Shown: piece by piece, positions 1 through 9,292 of the stretch
How the letters are laid out: every line of letters starts with the position of its first letter
How positions within the stretch are numbered: the first letter of the stretch is position 1
Source of the DNA: Candidatus Omnitrophota bacterium
GTDB taxonomy: Bacteria; Omnitrophota; Gorgyraeia; Gygaellales; Profunditerraquicolaceae
DNA length: 61,724 nt
Assembly: GCA_003598135.1 (NCBI GenBank)
Contig: QZKA01000019.1
Span: 107,690-169,413 of the forward strand
Direction: 5' to 3'
Notes under the pieces: generated by a model
Database searches by the model: none
The model's input: only the letters and a program-made list of their open reading frames with translations
Told to the model about the DNA's origin: nothing
Translations under genes and position numbers: made by a program

Positions 1-934
1 CTGCCCTGGCATGATCTATGGCCTCTGCTGTTTGTGGCATAATGCCATCATCGGCTGCCACTACCAGCACCACTATATCGGTCGCCTTTGCTCCGCGGGC
101 ACGCATAGCAGTAAAAGCCTCGTGGCCCGGGGTATCCAAAAAAGTGATTTCTCCCTTCGGCAATATGACCCTATAGGCGCCAATATGCTGGGTAATGCCC
201 CCGTGTTCGCTATCAACCACTTTGCTTTTTCTTATTGCATCCAGAAGAGAAGTCTTTCCGTGGTCGACATGGCCCATGAGTGTTACTATCGGCCAGCGGC
301 TTTCCAGATCTTCTGGGGCATCGAGCCCTACATGTACGCTTAACGCCAACTCCTCCTGGTCAGGGGCCTTTTTGATTGTACAACCGTATTTTGAGCAAAT
401 CGCCGTAACGGTCCCTTCGTCCAATACGTTATTGATCCCTGCCATCACCCGCATCCCCATAAGTTGCTTGATCAAGACCGATGGTTTTTCCTGCAGCTTC
501 ACCGCAAGATCTTTAACGGTAATGGGCAATTTTAGCTCGAGTGCCTTTGCTTCAGAAACAACCTGCGGCACTTCCGGCGGAGTTGTGGGGCAAGAGACCT
601 CCTGTATTTTCTTCGGAGATTCCTCTATAATTTCCTTCGGCTTTTTCTTTACCAGTGGTATCTCGGTTTTTGCCTGGATTGGCAATACCGGTGGATGGAG
701 AGGCACTGCCGCAGATTTTACTTGCTCTGATGCGGTGACATGGCGGACCGGTTCTTGTTTCTTGACTGTTTTAGTCTTAGGCCGCAATGGCTTTGTTATC
801 TTAGGTCTTGCCTGCACGGGGGCTTTCTTAACCGCAGCCTTGCGACGAATAACTTTGGCAACTTCCGCTTTAACGGGCTTAGTTGTCTTTTTTTTCTTTT
901 CCGGCATACGTTTTTCTTTTTTGGCTTCTTTCAT
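1..934 (-). CDS. infB: Translation initiation factor IF-2, N-terminal part (gene runs off the window start)
   Basis: Absent from the ORF track because it has no stop in the window. Reverse translation from the ATG at 932-934 gives [16 protein letters not shown]..., a Lys/Pro-rich N-terminus. It continues to ...[17 protein letters not shown]...[10 protein letters not shown]...[12 protein letters not shown], the GTPase G1-G3 motifs of IF-2. It lies directly downstream of rimP-nusA, as in the canonical operon. Confidence 0.92.
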   Translation of the reverse strand, partial: MKEAKKEKRMPEKKKKTTKPVKAEVAKVIRRKAAVKKAPVQARPKITKPLRPKTKTVKKQEPVRHVTASEQVKSAAVPLHPPVLPIQAKTEIPLVKKKPKEIIEESPKKIQEVSCPTTPPEVPQVVSEAKALELKLPITVKDLAVKLQEKPSVLIKQLMGMRVMAGINNVLDEGTVTAICSKYGCTIKKAPDQEELALSVHVGLDAPEDLESRWPIVTLMGHVDHGKTSLLDAIRKSKVVDSEHGGITQHIGAYRVILPKGEITFLDTPGHEAFTAMRARGAKATDIVVLVVAADDGIMPQTAEAIDHARA

Positions 935-937
935 ATA

Positions 938-2182
938 TTACTGGCCTATAATTTTTTTGGCTTCCTCGATCATTTTCTGAGCCCGTTTTTCTCCAATTCC
1001 TTTAATCTTCATTATATCGCCACTATTTGCCTTGGCAAGATCTTCGAGTCTTAAGAAGCCTATTTTCTTAAGACTTACAATGGTCTTTTCCCCGACTCCG
1101 GAGAGCTGCCCTAAAGAAGCGGTTGTCTGTTTTACCTTCTCTTTCTTGCCCTTAGGTTCCTTTTTCTCTTTGGGCTCTTTCTTTTCCTTCGCTTCTTTTT
1201 TCTCTTTCGCTTCTTTTTTCTCCTCCGGCTTCTCCATGGTAGCAGTTTCCTTTGTACGCACATCAAGCTCCCATCCTACTAGACGCGATGCCAGACGTAC
1301 GTTCTGGCCGTGTTTACCGATAGCCAAAGAAAGCTGGTCATTCGGAACAATCACTTCTGCCCTCTTACTATTCTTATCCAGCTTGATTTCGGATATTTCG
1401 GCGGGCAAAAGCGCTGCCTTGATATATTCCCTGATATCGTCATTATAACGGACAATATCAATCTTTTCCCCGACTAACTCATTAACGATATTCTTGACAC
1501 GGCTGCCGCGCATGCCTACACAGGCCCCCACCGAATCAACCTTCTCTTCCTTCGACCATACTGAAATCTTGGTGCGCTCCCCGGCCTGCCTGGCAATAGC
1601 CTTGACCTCGACGGTGCCATCATAAATTTCAGGCACCTCCAGTTCGAAAAGCTTCTTTACAAAATTATAATGCTGGCGGGAAAGTATAATTTGAGGCCCC
1701 TTGCTCTCTTTTCTAACCTCCATCACGTAGGCTCGGATACGCTGCCCCTGCTTGAACTGTTCTTGGGGTATTTGTTCGCTCTTAGGCAAAATACCTTCTG
1801 CCTTACCAAGTAAATCAACGATAATACTACCTTTTTCAAAACGGTACACGGTACCGCTGACTATTTCTCCAACCTTTCCCTGGAACTCATTGAAAATGAC
1901 GTCTTTCTCCGCTTCGCGTATCTTCTGGATAATAACCTGACGGGCAGTAGAAGCGGCAATACGGCCAAAATCGATATGGGAGATTTCTTTCTGGTCGCGA
2001 AAGGCTTTTATGTCTCCAGTTTCCGGGTCAAGCGTAACCGTCAGCTCCTCGTTAGGCTTACTATCGACCACGCGACGGACAGCGCTCAAAAGGGCGCTTT
2101 CTACCGCTTGGATCAATACTTCTTTCTTGATCCCTTTTTCTCTTTCTATCTGCTCAATAATTGCCAATAGCTCTCTGCTCAT
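938..2182 (-). CDS. nusA: Transcription termination/antitermination factor NusA
   Basis: 414 aa. N-terminal NusA domain, then S1 (GEIVSGTVYRFEKGSIIVDL) and two KH regions (VGACVGMRGSRVKNI, AIGKHGQNVRLASRL), then a C-terminal HhH-like tail. rimP-nusA-infB synteny. Confidence 0.95.
   Translation of the reverse strand: MSRELLAIIEQIEREKGIKKEVLIQAVESALLSAVRRVVDSKPNEELTVTLDPETGDIKAFRDQKEISHIDFGRIAASTARQVIIQKIREAEKDVIFNEFQGKVGEIVSGTVYRFEKGSIIVDLLGKAEGILPKSEQIPQEQFKQGQRIRAYVMEVRKESKGPQIILSRQHYNFVKKLFELEVPEIYDGTVEVKAIARQAGERTKISVWSKEEKVDSVGACVGMRGSRVKNIVNELVGEKIDIVRYNDDIREYIKAALLPAEISEIKLDKNSKRAEVIVPNDQLSLAIGKHGQNVRLASRLVGWELDVRTKETATMEKPEEKKEAKEKKEAKEKKEPKEKKEPKGKKEKVKQTTASLGQLSGVGEKTIVSLKKIGFLRLEDLAKANSGDIMKIKGIGEKRAQKMIEEAKKIIGQ
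1141..1222 (-). repeat. About 4.5 tandem copies of an 18-nt unit encoding KKEAKE/KKEPKE inside nusA
   Basis: The protein reads EEKKEAKEKKEAKEKKEPKEKKEPKGKKEK between the KH domains and the C-terminal HhH domain. The DNA shows the periodic ttcttttt(c)tc(t)ttcgc pattern. Confidence 0.8.
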
Positions 2183-2196
2183 AATATCCTCTCAAT

Positions 2197-2658
2197 TCAA
2201 TTTGTCCCAATCACCTGATAACTTTTCACTATTGCCTCCCAAGGAATCTCAAGGAGGGTGTCATCTTTTTGAACAATCAACGAACCCTCCTTAACCTCAA
2301 CCACAACACCCAGAAGCTCAAATCGACCCTGCATCGCTTCTTTCAATAGAATTCTTACCCTGCGGTTACGACAACGCAAAAAATCTTCTTTATTCACAAG
2401 GGGCCTATCCAAACCAGGAGAAGAAACCTCAAGGACATAGCTGTTGCTGACCAAGTTCTGCCCATCGAGCGCTTTGCCTATTTTGTCGTTCAGAAAGGCC
2501 AACTCCTCAACGCGTATCCCTCCCTCTTGCTTATCCACCAAGAGCCTTAAGAAAGATTTATGCCTTCCTCTTGAAAAATGCATATCAATTAGGACGACCC
2601 CCGCCGTTTCAAGAAGGGGTAACACCAAAGATCGAAGTTCTTCCTTGGATTCCGGCAT
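2197..2658 (-). CDS. rimP: Ribosome maturation factor RimP
   Basis: 153 aa. LEVSSPGLDRPL motif typical of RimP. Lies immediately upstream of nusA. Confidence 0.9.
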   Translation of the reverse strand: MPESKEELRSLVLPLLETAGVVLIDMHFSRGRHKSFLRLLVDKQEGGIRVEELAFLNDKIGKALDGQNLVSNSYVLEVSSPGLDRPLVNKEDFLRCRNRRVRILLKEAMQGRFELLGVVVEVKEGSLIVQKDDTLLEIPWEAIVKSYQVIGTN

Positions 2659-2663
2659 TTATC

Positions 2664-3920
2664 TTACTCTACGGTTTTAAGCATCCCCACTACTGCCGCG
2701 AGCACCTCTTTTCGTTCCACAACATGCGTTTCTTTGGTCCTGCGGTTTATAACTTCAATTTTATTATATAAGATGTTTTTTCTACCGACTACCACACGCA
2801 CAGGAATTCCTACCAGGTCAGCGTCTTTGAATTTGACCCCAGCGCGTTCATCGCGTTCATCAAAAAGTGTATCGATATTGTGTGCCGTTAATTCAGCGTA
2901 GATTTCGCCTGCGATCTGTATAATCTTAGGGTCGGTAATGTCCAGTGCAAGCACTGTCGTTTCAAACGGACTTACCTCTTTCGGCCAAATAATACCCTCT
3001 GTATCGTGATTCTGCTCGATAATCGTCGGGATAAGACGCGAAACGCCGATGCCGTAACAACCCATGAGTAGCGCCTTAAGTCGACCGTCGGAATCAGAAA
3101 ACTGGGCATCCAACGCAGCGCTGTATTTTGTGCCGAGTTTAAAAATGTGCCCTATTTCAATAGCATTGATTTTCTTAAGCGCCGTGCTGCAATTGGGGCA
3201 TTTCTCTTTTTTCTCTTCCGTAAAAACCTTGGCGTAGTCGCATTCCTGACATACCCACACTGTATCTTCACCACTTGAGGCAGGGACCATAAATTCATGC
3301 GACACATCCCCTCCCATCACACCAGAATCAGCCTTGGTGGTCAACACCCGAACGCCGCACCGCGAAAAGATCCTTTTATATGCCTCGAACATCAGTTGGT
3401 AATTCCTTTCTAGGCCTTCTTCGTTTCTATCGAAGCTATAGGCGTCTTTCATGATAAATTCACACGCACGGATAAGCCCGAAACGCGGCCTGATTTCATC
3501 CCTGAATTTGGACTGTATCTGATAAAGCAGGCGCGGCAGCTGTTTGTATGAAGTGACGTAATTCTTTACCAAATCAGTAACGATTTCTTCATGGGTAGGG
3601 CCAAGGCATAAATCCCTGCCCCTGCGGTCGGTGAACCTGATCATGACCTCACCCATTAGCTCGTCGCGGCCTGATTTTTTCCACAGGTCAAGCGGTTGAA
3701 GCGCAGGTAATAGGACTTCATTTGCGCCACTGGCATCCATCTCCTGACGGATAATAGCCTCAATACGGCTCAAAACCCTGTAACCCAAAGGCAGATAGGA
3801 ATAGATGCCCGCCAAAAGCATACGTATCAGCCCAGCCCTCAACATAAGTTGATGGCTGAGTATCTCAGCCTCCTGAGGCATCTCCTTTAAAGTTGTTATG
3901 AATGATTTCGACCACTGCAT
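2664..3920 (-). CDS. proS: Prolyl-tRNA synthetase, bacterial type but lacking the INS editing domain
   Basis: 418 aa. Class II motifs are present (FRDEIRPRFGLIRACEF, GCYGIGVSRL), as is a C-terminal anticodon-binding domain. The segment between motif 2 and motif 3 is only about 25 aa and carries CQEC...CPNC. Confidence 0.9.
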   Translation of the reverse strand: MQWSKSFITTLKEMPQEAEILSHQLMLRAGLIRMLLAGIYSYLPLGYRVLSRIEAIIRQEMDASGANEVLLPALQPLDLWKKSGRDELMGEVMIRFTDRRGRDLCLGPTHEEIVTDLVKNYVTSYKQLPRLLYQIQSKFRDEIRPRFGLIRACEFIMKDAYSFDRNEEGLERNYQLMFEAYKRIFSRCGVRVLTTKADSGVMGGDVSHEFMVPASSGEDTVWVCQECDYAKVFTEEKKEKCPNCSTALKKINAIEIGHIFKLGTKYSAALDAQFSDSDGRLKALLMGCYGIGVSRLIPTIIEQNHDTEGIIWPKEVSPFETTVLALDITDPKIIQIAGEIYAELTAHNIDTLFDERDERAGVKFKDADLVGIPVRVVVGRKNILYNKIEVINRRTKETHVVERKEVLAAVVGMLKTVE

Positions 3921-3944
3921 AGCGTATGTACCGAGATTTGTTTT

Positions 3945-5201
3945 CTATCTAAATATGTCTTCGGGAAGCGCAATATTTGCTTTCTTGAATTTATGCAAAA
4001 ATGCAGGTTTGATGCCGGTGTATTCCCATTTCCCCTTCACCGCGCTTGAGTGCGGATCAATGTGTTCTATAGCGTACAAGAAAAGGTCCTCTACAACTAC
4101 CTTGCCGTCGTTTAAGCCGTTCACCTGCGAGACATGAGTTACTTTTCTTGTGCCATCAACTAACTGTTCCTGTTGCACGATAATGTTCAAGGCAGCCGCG
4201 ACCTGTCGATGGATAGCTTCAAGGCTCACCTGCACGCCGGAAGTCAAGATCATCGTCTCCAGACGATAGATGACATCCTGCGGAGAATCCGCATGAATTA
4301 CCGCCAACGACCCGGTATGCCCAGAACAGATGGCCTGCAACATATCAAGGGCCTCAACCCCCCTGATTTCCCCGAGTATTATCCTATCCGGACGCATGCG
4401 CAGGGAATTCTTAAAAAGCTCTCTGATGGTAATTTCCCCTTTGCCTTCAATATTAGCCTGCTTTGCCTCAAGCCGGACCACGTGATCCTGATTAAGGCGC
4501 AGCTCAGCCGTATCTTCGATAGTAACGATGCGCTCGTCATTGGAAATATAGGAAGACAGGACGTTCAATGTAGTCGTCTTCCCGGCTCCGGTTGCCCCTG
4601 CAAACACGATATTTACCCTTGCCTTAATACAGGCAATTAAAAAATCAGAGATGCGCTTGTCGCAGGTGCCAAGCTTATGTAAATCCTCCACCTCTTTGAT
4701 ATCTTTCAAAAATTTCCTGATGGTGATTACCGGGCCGTCCAGGGCAAGCGGAGGTATGATTATATTCACCCGCGAACCGTCTTTTAACGAGACATCGGTA
4801 TAGGGACTTGCTTCATCCACATGGCGCCTCGTAGGAAGCAATATCTTATCTACAAGATGCATAACCTGTTGTCCATCGTCAAAAACAATATTGCTCAATT
4901 CGGTCCTGCCGTTTCTTTCGATGTAGATTTTCTTGGGCCCATTAATCATGATTTCCGTGATGCTGGCATCATGCAATATCCCTTCGATAGGACCGAACCC
5001 CATAAATTCATTGATGATCTCAGAAACTATACGCTGGGTGTCTTCCTGCGAAACGGGAGGGTTCTCGCGGCTGATAATATCCTCTGTCATCCCGCGGATC
5101 AAACCTTTCAGTTCGTTATCTTCAATGCTCTCGTCGACGAACAAACGCCGGTATTCCGAAATAAGCTTCTTTCTTATTTTCTCTTTCAGCAGTCTAATCA
5201 T
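3945..5201 (-). CDS. cpaF: CpaF/TadA-family type II/IV secretion ATPase (Tad pilus-type)
   Basis: 418 aa. Walker A GATGAGKTTTLN, Walker B/Asp box RIVTIEDTAEL, His box GHTGSLAVIHA, and RPDRIILGEIRG. Its stop-proximal neighbour is proS. Its start overlaps the ispG stop by 8 nt. Confidence 0.85.
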   Translation of the reverse strand: MIRLLKEKIRKKLISEYRRLFVDESIEDNELKGLIRGMTEDIISRENPPVSQEDTQRIVSEIINEFMGFGPIEGILHDASITEIMINGPKKIYIERNGRTELSNIVFDDGQQVMHLVDKILLPTRRHVDEASPYTDVSLKDGSRVNIIIPPLALDGPVITIRKFLKDIKEVEDLHKLGTCDKRISDFLIACIKARVNIVFAGATGAGKTTTLNVLSSYISNDERIVTIEDTAELRLNQDHVVRLEAKQANIEGKGEITIRELFKNSLRMRPDRIILGEIRGVEALDMLQAICSGHTGSLAVIHADSPQDVIYRLETMILTSGVQVSLEAIHRQVAAALNIIVQQEQLVDGTRKVTHVSQVNGLNDGKVVVEDLFLYAIEHIDPHSSAVKGKWEYTGIKPAFLHKFKKANIALPEDIFR

Positions 5202-6249
5202 ACATCCGCCTCGTTTCCTCTAATAATACCGTTATGCATTTCCCCAACGAAACCTTTTTAAGCGGCTTTCCATTCTTAAACAATAACCCCTCTGCCCTGC
5301 CGAAGGCGATGCCGATATCCGCATCCATAGCCTCTCCCGGTCCATTTACTTCGCAGCCCATTACTGCAATTTTAAAAGGCCGCGTTATCTGGTTACTTTC
5401 AAGCGCGCGCTCCAGCTTCTTCACGATGGTCACCAAATCGACTTGGCATCGACCGCAGGTGGGACAACTGATAATGCGCGGCCCGAAGCGGCGTAAGTCT
5501 AACGCTTCCAGTATATATCTGGCCGTCCTTACCTCCTGCACAGGATCGTCTGTCAGGGATACCCTTATTGTATCACCGATCCCCTCTAATAACAAGCTTC
5601 CGATTGCGATACTTGACTGCACTGCGCCTTTAAAGGGCAAACCCGTAGCAGTAAGTCCCAGATGAAAAGGGTAATCGCATAAAACGGCCATGCGGCGATA
5701 CGCCTCTATGGTAGTACACACATCGGAAGCCTTAAGCGAAATAACCGTATCATAAAATTCGAGTTTCTCGAAGATCCTTAAATAACGACGGCAGGATCCC
5801 ACCATCACCTTAACCTGCGTATCCGATTTTCTGATAGAGCCTGAATTCAATCCGATGCGAATAGGAATACCTGCTTTTTTGGCTTGCCGCACCACCTCAC
5901 GGATATGCTCTTCCTTGTTGATATTGCCGGGATTCAACCGTATTTTATCCGCCCCGCACTCTATCGCACGCAATGCCAAACGCCAGTCAAAATGAATATC
6001 GGCCACCAACGCAACCGATACCAGTTTTTTTATCTTTGTTATCGCCTCGGCGTCTTTATTGTCTTTCACTGCCAGGCGGACAATCTCACATCCTGCTTCT
6101 GTGAGCATTCTTATCTGCTTGGCCGTCTCGAGGGCATGCGCCGTCTTTGTCTTTGCCATAGATTGTATCGCAATAGGATGAGTACCGCCCACGCAGACGC
6201 TGCCGACCTTGACTACCCTGGTTTTTCTTCGCTCTATGTTTTGTGCCAT
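5194..6249 (-). CDS. ispG: 4-hydroxy-3-methylbut-2-en-1-yl diphosphate synthase (IspG/GcpE)
   Basis: 351 aa. PIAIQSM and RLNPGNI motifs, C-terminal CPTCGRC...GCEVNGPGE [4Fe-4S] ligands. Confidence 0.95.
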   Translation of the reverse strand: MAQNIERRKTRVVKVGSVCVGGTHPIAIQSMAKTKTAHALETAKQIRMLTEAGCEIVRLAVKDNKDAEAITKIKKLVSVALVADIHFDWRLALRAIECGADKIRLNPGNINKEEHIREVVRQAKKAGIPIRIGLNSGSIRKSDTQVKVMVGSCRRYLRIFEKLEFYDTVISLKASDVCTTIEAYRRMAVLCDYPFHLGLTATGLPFKGAVQSSIAIGSLLLEGIGDTIRVSLTDDPVQEVRTARYILEALDLRRFGPRIISCPTCGRCQVDLVTIVKKLERALESNQITRPFKIAVMGCEVNGPGEAMDADIGIAFGRAEGLLFKNGKPLKKVSLGKCITVLLEETRRMYD

Positions 6250-6266
6250 TTCTTCAATACGCCTTG

Positions 6267-7331
6267 CTATTTCCTGCCGATAAGCCGCATAAGATCAATG
6301 CCGGTAGCAATAATAGCCAGTGCGATAATAATACTTAGCCCGATTCGGGTAACCACCATGTCTGTTTGAGGGCTCAGTCGCCTGCCTCGTATCTTTTCAA
6401 GAGCCAATAATACCAAGTGCCCCCCATCAAGAACCGGAAGGGGCAAAAGATTAAAAATACACAAATTAATGCTTAAAACCGCTAAGAGATGAAGAATTGC
6501 CACTATCCCTTCTTTGGCATATTTTGAGGTAATATAGAAAAAACCTAGGGGCCCGGCCAATGAATCGCGCAGAGAAAGCTTGCCCGTCACCATGGACCAG
6601 AGCGCCTTGTAGGTCATGGCTGTCAGATATACGGTTTTACGTCCTCCTTGAAAAACAGATTCTAGAAATCCGTACCTGACTTCCTTTATCTCTTCAGCAG
6701 GCTTAATGCCAATCAGTCCGATAGAGCGTTTCTGGCCAAAAATATCCTCGATTTCTTCCGCCTTAGTCTTAAGAGCCACGCGGCGGCTCAAGCCGTCTCG
6801 CACTACTACCATATTCACTACAGAACCTGCTTTTTTGTTTTGTATGATAGCCTGGATGTCATCCCAGTAGTCTACCTTCTTCCCTCCCAATGAAATAACG
6901 GTATCTCCGACCTGAATGCCTGCATCGCCTGCCGGAAACCCCTCAACTAACCCTCCGACCTTAGTGGTTATCATCGGCGTAGGAAACGCCAGGTATATGA
7001 AACAGAAACACAAGAATCCCAAGAAATAATTCAGCAAGGGCCCGAAGAATATGACCTGAGCCCGAGCGCCGCAAGGCTGAGCGAGGAATTCGTATGGCTT
7101 GCCCTTAAATTCCTCGGGGTTGTCCCCGGCCATTTTTACATACCCACCCAGTGGTATGGCGCTGATTGAATACTCGGTTTCATTTCTTTTCCTTTTTGCG
7201 ATTTTTGGGCCAAACCCAACAGAAAATTCATCAACCCTGACCTTCCATCGTTTGGCAATTATAAAGTGGCCGAATTCATGCACGATAATCACTACACCTA
7301 CGATAATCAAGAATACAAAAAAAGAAAACAT
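6267..7331 (-). CDS. rseP: RIP site-2 metalloprotease RseP
   Basis: 354 aa. HEFGHF zinc motif, a central PDZ-like region, NLLPLPVLDGGH motif, multiple TM segments. dxr-rseP synteny. Confidence 0.92.
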   Translation of the reverse strand: MFSFFVFLIIVGVVIIVHEFGHFIIAKRWKVRVDEFSVGFGPKIAKRKRNETEYSISAIPLGGYVKMAGDNPEEFKGKPYEFLAQPCGARAQVIFFGPLLNYFLGFLCFCFIYLAFPTPMITTKVGGLVEGFPAGDAGIQVGDTVISLGGKKVDYWDDIQAIIQNKKAGSVVNMVVVRDGLSRRVALKTKAEEIEDIFGQKRSIGLIGIKPAEEIKEVRYGFLESVFQGGRKTVYLTAMTYKALWSMVTGKLSLRDSLAGPLGFFYITSKYAKEGIVAILHLLAVLSINLCIFNLLPLPVLDGGHLVLLALEKIRGRRLSPQTDMVVTRIGLSIIIALAIIATGIDLMRLIGRK

Positions 7332-7335
7332 CTGT

Positions 7336-8490
7336 TTACCTCGCCCTCTGGATGAGAAGCCGTGCCCGGCGCTTTGCCCATGCGTCGGATTCTATAATAT
7401 CGCCCAGCGATGGCCGCCTGGTGATTCTGTGGTTATCCATAACTTTATCTATTACCTTATAGATAGAGGTAAAAGCGATTTCTCCCCTCAAAAAGGCCTC
7501 TACGCTTACCTCATTGGCCGCATTCATTACGCACGGCAATGTCCCTTCTTCGCTGGCTGCCCGGTATGCCAGGTTTATACAGGGGAAACGTTTCGTATCA
7601 GGCTTTTCAAAATTGAGGCTTTTGATTGCATAAAAATCAACACAGCCAAAACGATTGGCGAGGCGCTCGGGATACGAAAAGGCATACTGGATGGGGATAC
7701 GCATATCAGTCGCCGATAACTGCGCAATGGTTATGCCGTCTACAAATTCCACCATTGAATGAATGATCGCTTCCGGATGAATCAAGATTTTGATCTTCTC
7801 GGCTCCGACGCCGAATAAATACATAGCTTCCAAGACTTCAAGACCCTTATTCATCAGTGTCGCAGAATCAACGGTGACCTTCTTCCCCATTTTCCAGCGG
7901 GGGTGCTGCAATGTCTGCGCCACCGTAATCCGGGCAAGCTGGTTTTTGCGGAATTTTAAAAAAGGCCCTCCTGAGGCCGTCAGATAAATCTGCTTCAGTT
8001 TCTCTTTATCATTACCATCCAGGCACTGCCATATCGCAGACTGCTCGCTATCCACGGGAATAATTGTTGCCTTGCGTGCTTTGGCCTTGCGCATAATCAA
8101 AGACCCGGCCATCACCAAAGCTTCTTTATTGGCCAGGGCAATTTCTTTTCCCGCATCCAAAGCGTGCAAGAAAGGCACAAGCGCTGCCGTGCCGCTTACC
8201 GCCAAAAGGACCTTATCAATGGAGCTATCCGCCACCATAGCTTCAAGCCCCTCCTGGCCCAAAAAAATCTTTGTATGTTTTTTAAACATCTGCCTGCATT
8301 TTGCCCCGCAGGAAATATCGGTTACACAGACCATCGGCGGGCAAAACCTCCTGGCCTGCGCACTTAAAAGTTCGATATTTGAATTGGCGCTCAAAGCAAC
8401 AACGCGGAATCGCTTCTTATTGTCCTCAATTACCTCAAGCGCATTCCTGCCAATAGAACCCGTCGAACCGATAATGGCAATATTTTTCAT
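7336..8490 (-). CDS. dxr: 1-deoxy-D-xylulose 5-phosphate reductoisomerase
   Basis: The ORF track begins at 8559. The conserved N-terminus MKNIAIIGSTGSIGRNAL starts at the ATG at 8488-8490, just after the cdsA stop (8495), so the upstream 23 codons are probably not translated. Confidence 0.93.
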   Translation of the reverse strand: MKNIAIIGSTGSIGRNALEVIEDNKKRFRVVALSANSNIELLSAQARRFCPPMVCVTDISCGAKCRQMFKKHTKIFLGQEGLEAMVADSSIDKVLLAVSGTAALVPFLHALDAGKEIALANKEALVMAGSLIMRKAKARKATIIPVDSEQSAIWQCLDGNDKEKLKQIYLTASGGPFLKFRKNQLARITVAQTLQHPRWKMGKKVTVDSATLMNKGLEVLEAMYLFGVGAEKIKILIHPEAIIHSMVEFVDGITIAQLSATDMRIPIQYAFSYPERLANRFGCVDFYAIKSLNFEKPDTKRFPCINLAYRAASEEGTLPCVMNAANEVSVEAFLRGEIAFTSIYKVIDKVMDNHRITRRPSLGDIIESDAWAKRRARLLIQRAR

Positions 8491-8494
8491 ATCG

Positions 8495-9292
8495 CTACGG
8501 AGAAAGCATGATTGCAAGGTAAGAATAAAACACCGGCCCGGTAAAAAGAAGGCTATCAATTAAATCGAGTACTCCGCCTATGCCCGGTATTATATGAGAG
8601 GCGTCTTTAATCTGGCAATCGCGCTTCATCAACGACTCAGACAAATCCCCTAACTGAGCCAGAATCCCCACTGCCACCCCCACAACAACTAAATGCCCAT
8701 AACTAAAAGGGAGCAGTGGCTTGGAAGCTAGTGCGCCCAACACACTGAACAGGAGGCCGCCAAAAGCTCCTTCAAGCGACTTCTTGGGGCTTATTCGGGG
8801 GATAAGGGGAGTTTTCCCAAACCCCATCCCTATAAGATACGCACCGATATCGCCTAATTTCGTTATTATCAATATGCTTGCCAGAAACCCTAATCCGCCA
8901 TCCATGAAGCGTATCCTGATCAAAAAACTGAGGAACCACGATACATACAGTATCCCGAAAATAGTAGTAGAGATCCCCACAATAACCCCCGCACTCTCCC
9001 TGCGCTTGAATTGCATAATAATCAAAAAGAGCAGTACGAGTATGAAGAAAAAAAGCTCCCAGCCCTTCGTTAACTCAAACCTACACATTATGGATACCGG
9101 AATGCCCAGGCCCATGGCAATACCAAAATATTTATAGATCCCAATTCCTTTATACTCAAGCATGCTGAAGAATTCATACAGGCCCAGCACAATCAAAACG
9201 GTTATGACGAATGCGCTCGCCCAGACATTCAATAGCGCCAAGACGGTAAGTATAATGAGAATGATCGTGCTAATTGTTCTTTTCGTCAACAT
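8495..9292 (-). CDS. cdsA: Phosphatidate cytidylyltransferase
   Basis: Multi-TM protein with the C-terminal SLMKRDCQIKDASHIIPGIGGVLDLIDSLLF signature region. The start is trimmed to the ATG at 9290-9292 (MLTKRT...). The longer track ORF would run 170 nt into uppS. Confidence 0.88.
   Translation of the reverse strand: MLTKRTISTIILIILTVLALLNVWASAFVITVLIVLGLYEFFSMLEYKGIGIYKYFGIAMGLGIPVSIMCRFELTKGWELFFFILVLLFLIIMQFKRRESAGVIVGISTTIFGILYVSWFLSFLIRIRFMDGGLGFLASILIITKLGDIGAYLIGMGFGKTPLIPRISPKKSLEGAFGGLLFSVLGALASKPLLPFSYGHLVVVGVAVGILAQLGDLSESLMKRDCQIKDASHIIPGIGGVLDLIDSLLFTGPVFYSYLAIMLSP

Noticed and set aside
195-980. Long + strand ORFs in the track (for example 195-980, 7099-7719, 18127-18798, 22375-23052, 59894-60580) that might look like additional genes.
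   Set aside because: Each lies antisense to a minus-strand gene with clear family motifs. Their translations are low-complexity (Ser/Phe/Leu/Pro-rich), have no recognisable motifs and no SD. They are shadow ORFs of the real genes.
3945-5201. The CpaF gene as part of a mobile or horizontally acquired island.
   Set aside because: There are no flanking direct repeats, integrase, transposase or tRNA, and no obvious compositional break by eye. Its start overlaps the ispG stop by 8 nt. It looks like a resident gene.
7336-8559. N-terminal extensions in the ORF track for dxr, cdsA (to 9442), clpP (to 21761), kdsD (to 25773), DUF1846 (to 37589), pyrG, gdhA, msbA, purA, GH57 and the 651-aa protein.
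   Set aside because: The track renders TTG/GTG as M. In each case an internal ATG with a good SD coincides with the conserved family N-terminus. The extension would overlap the upstream gene or a predicted promoter.
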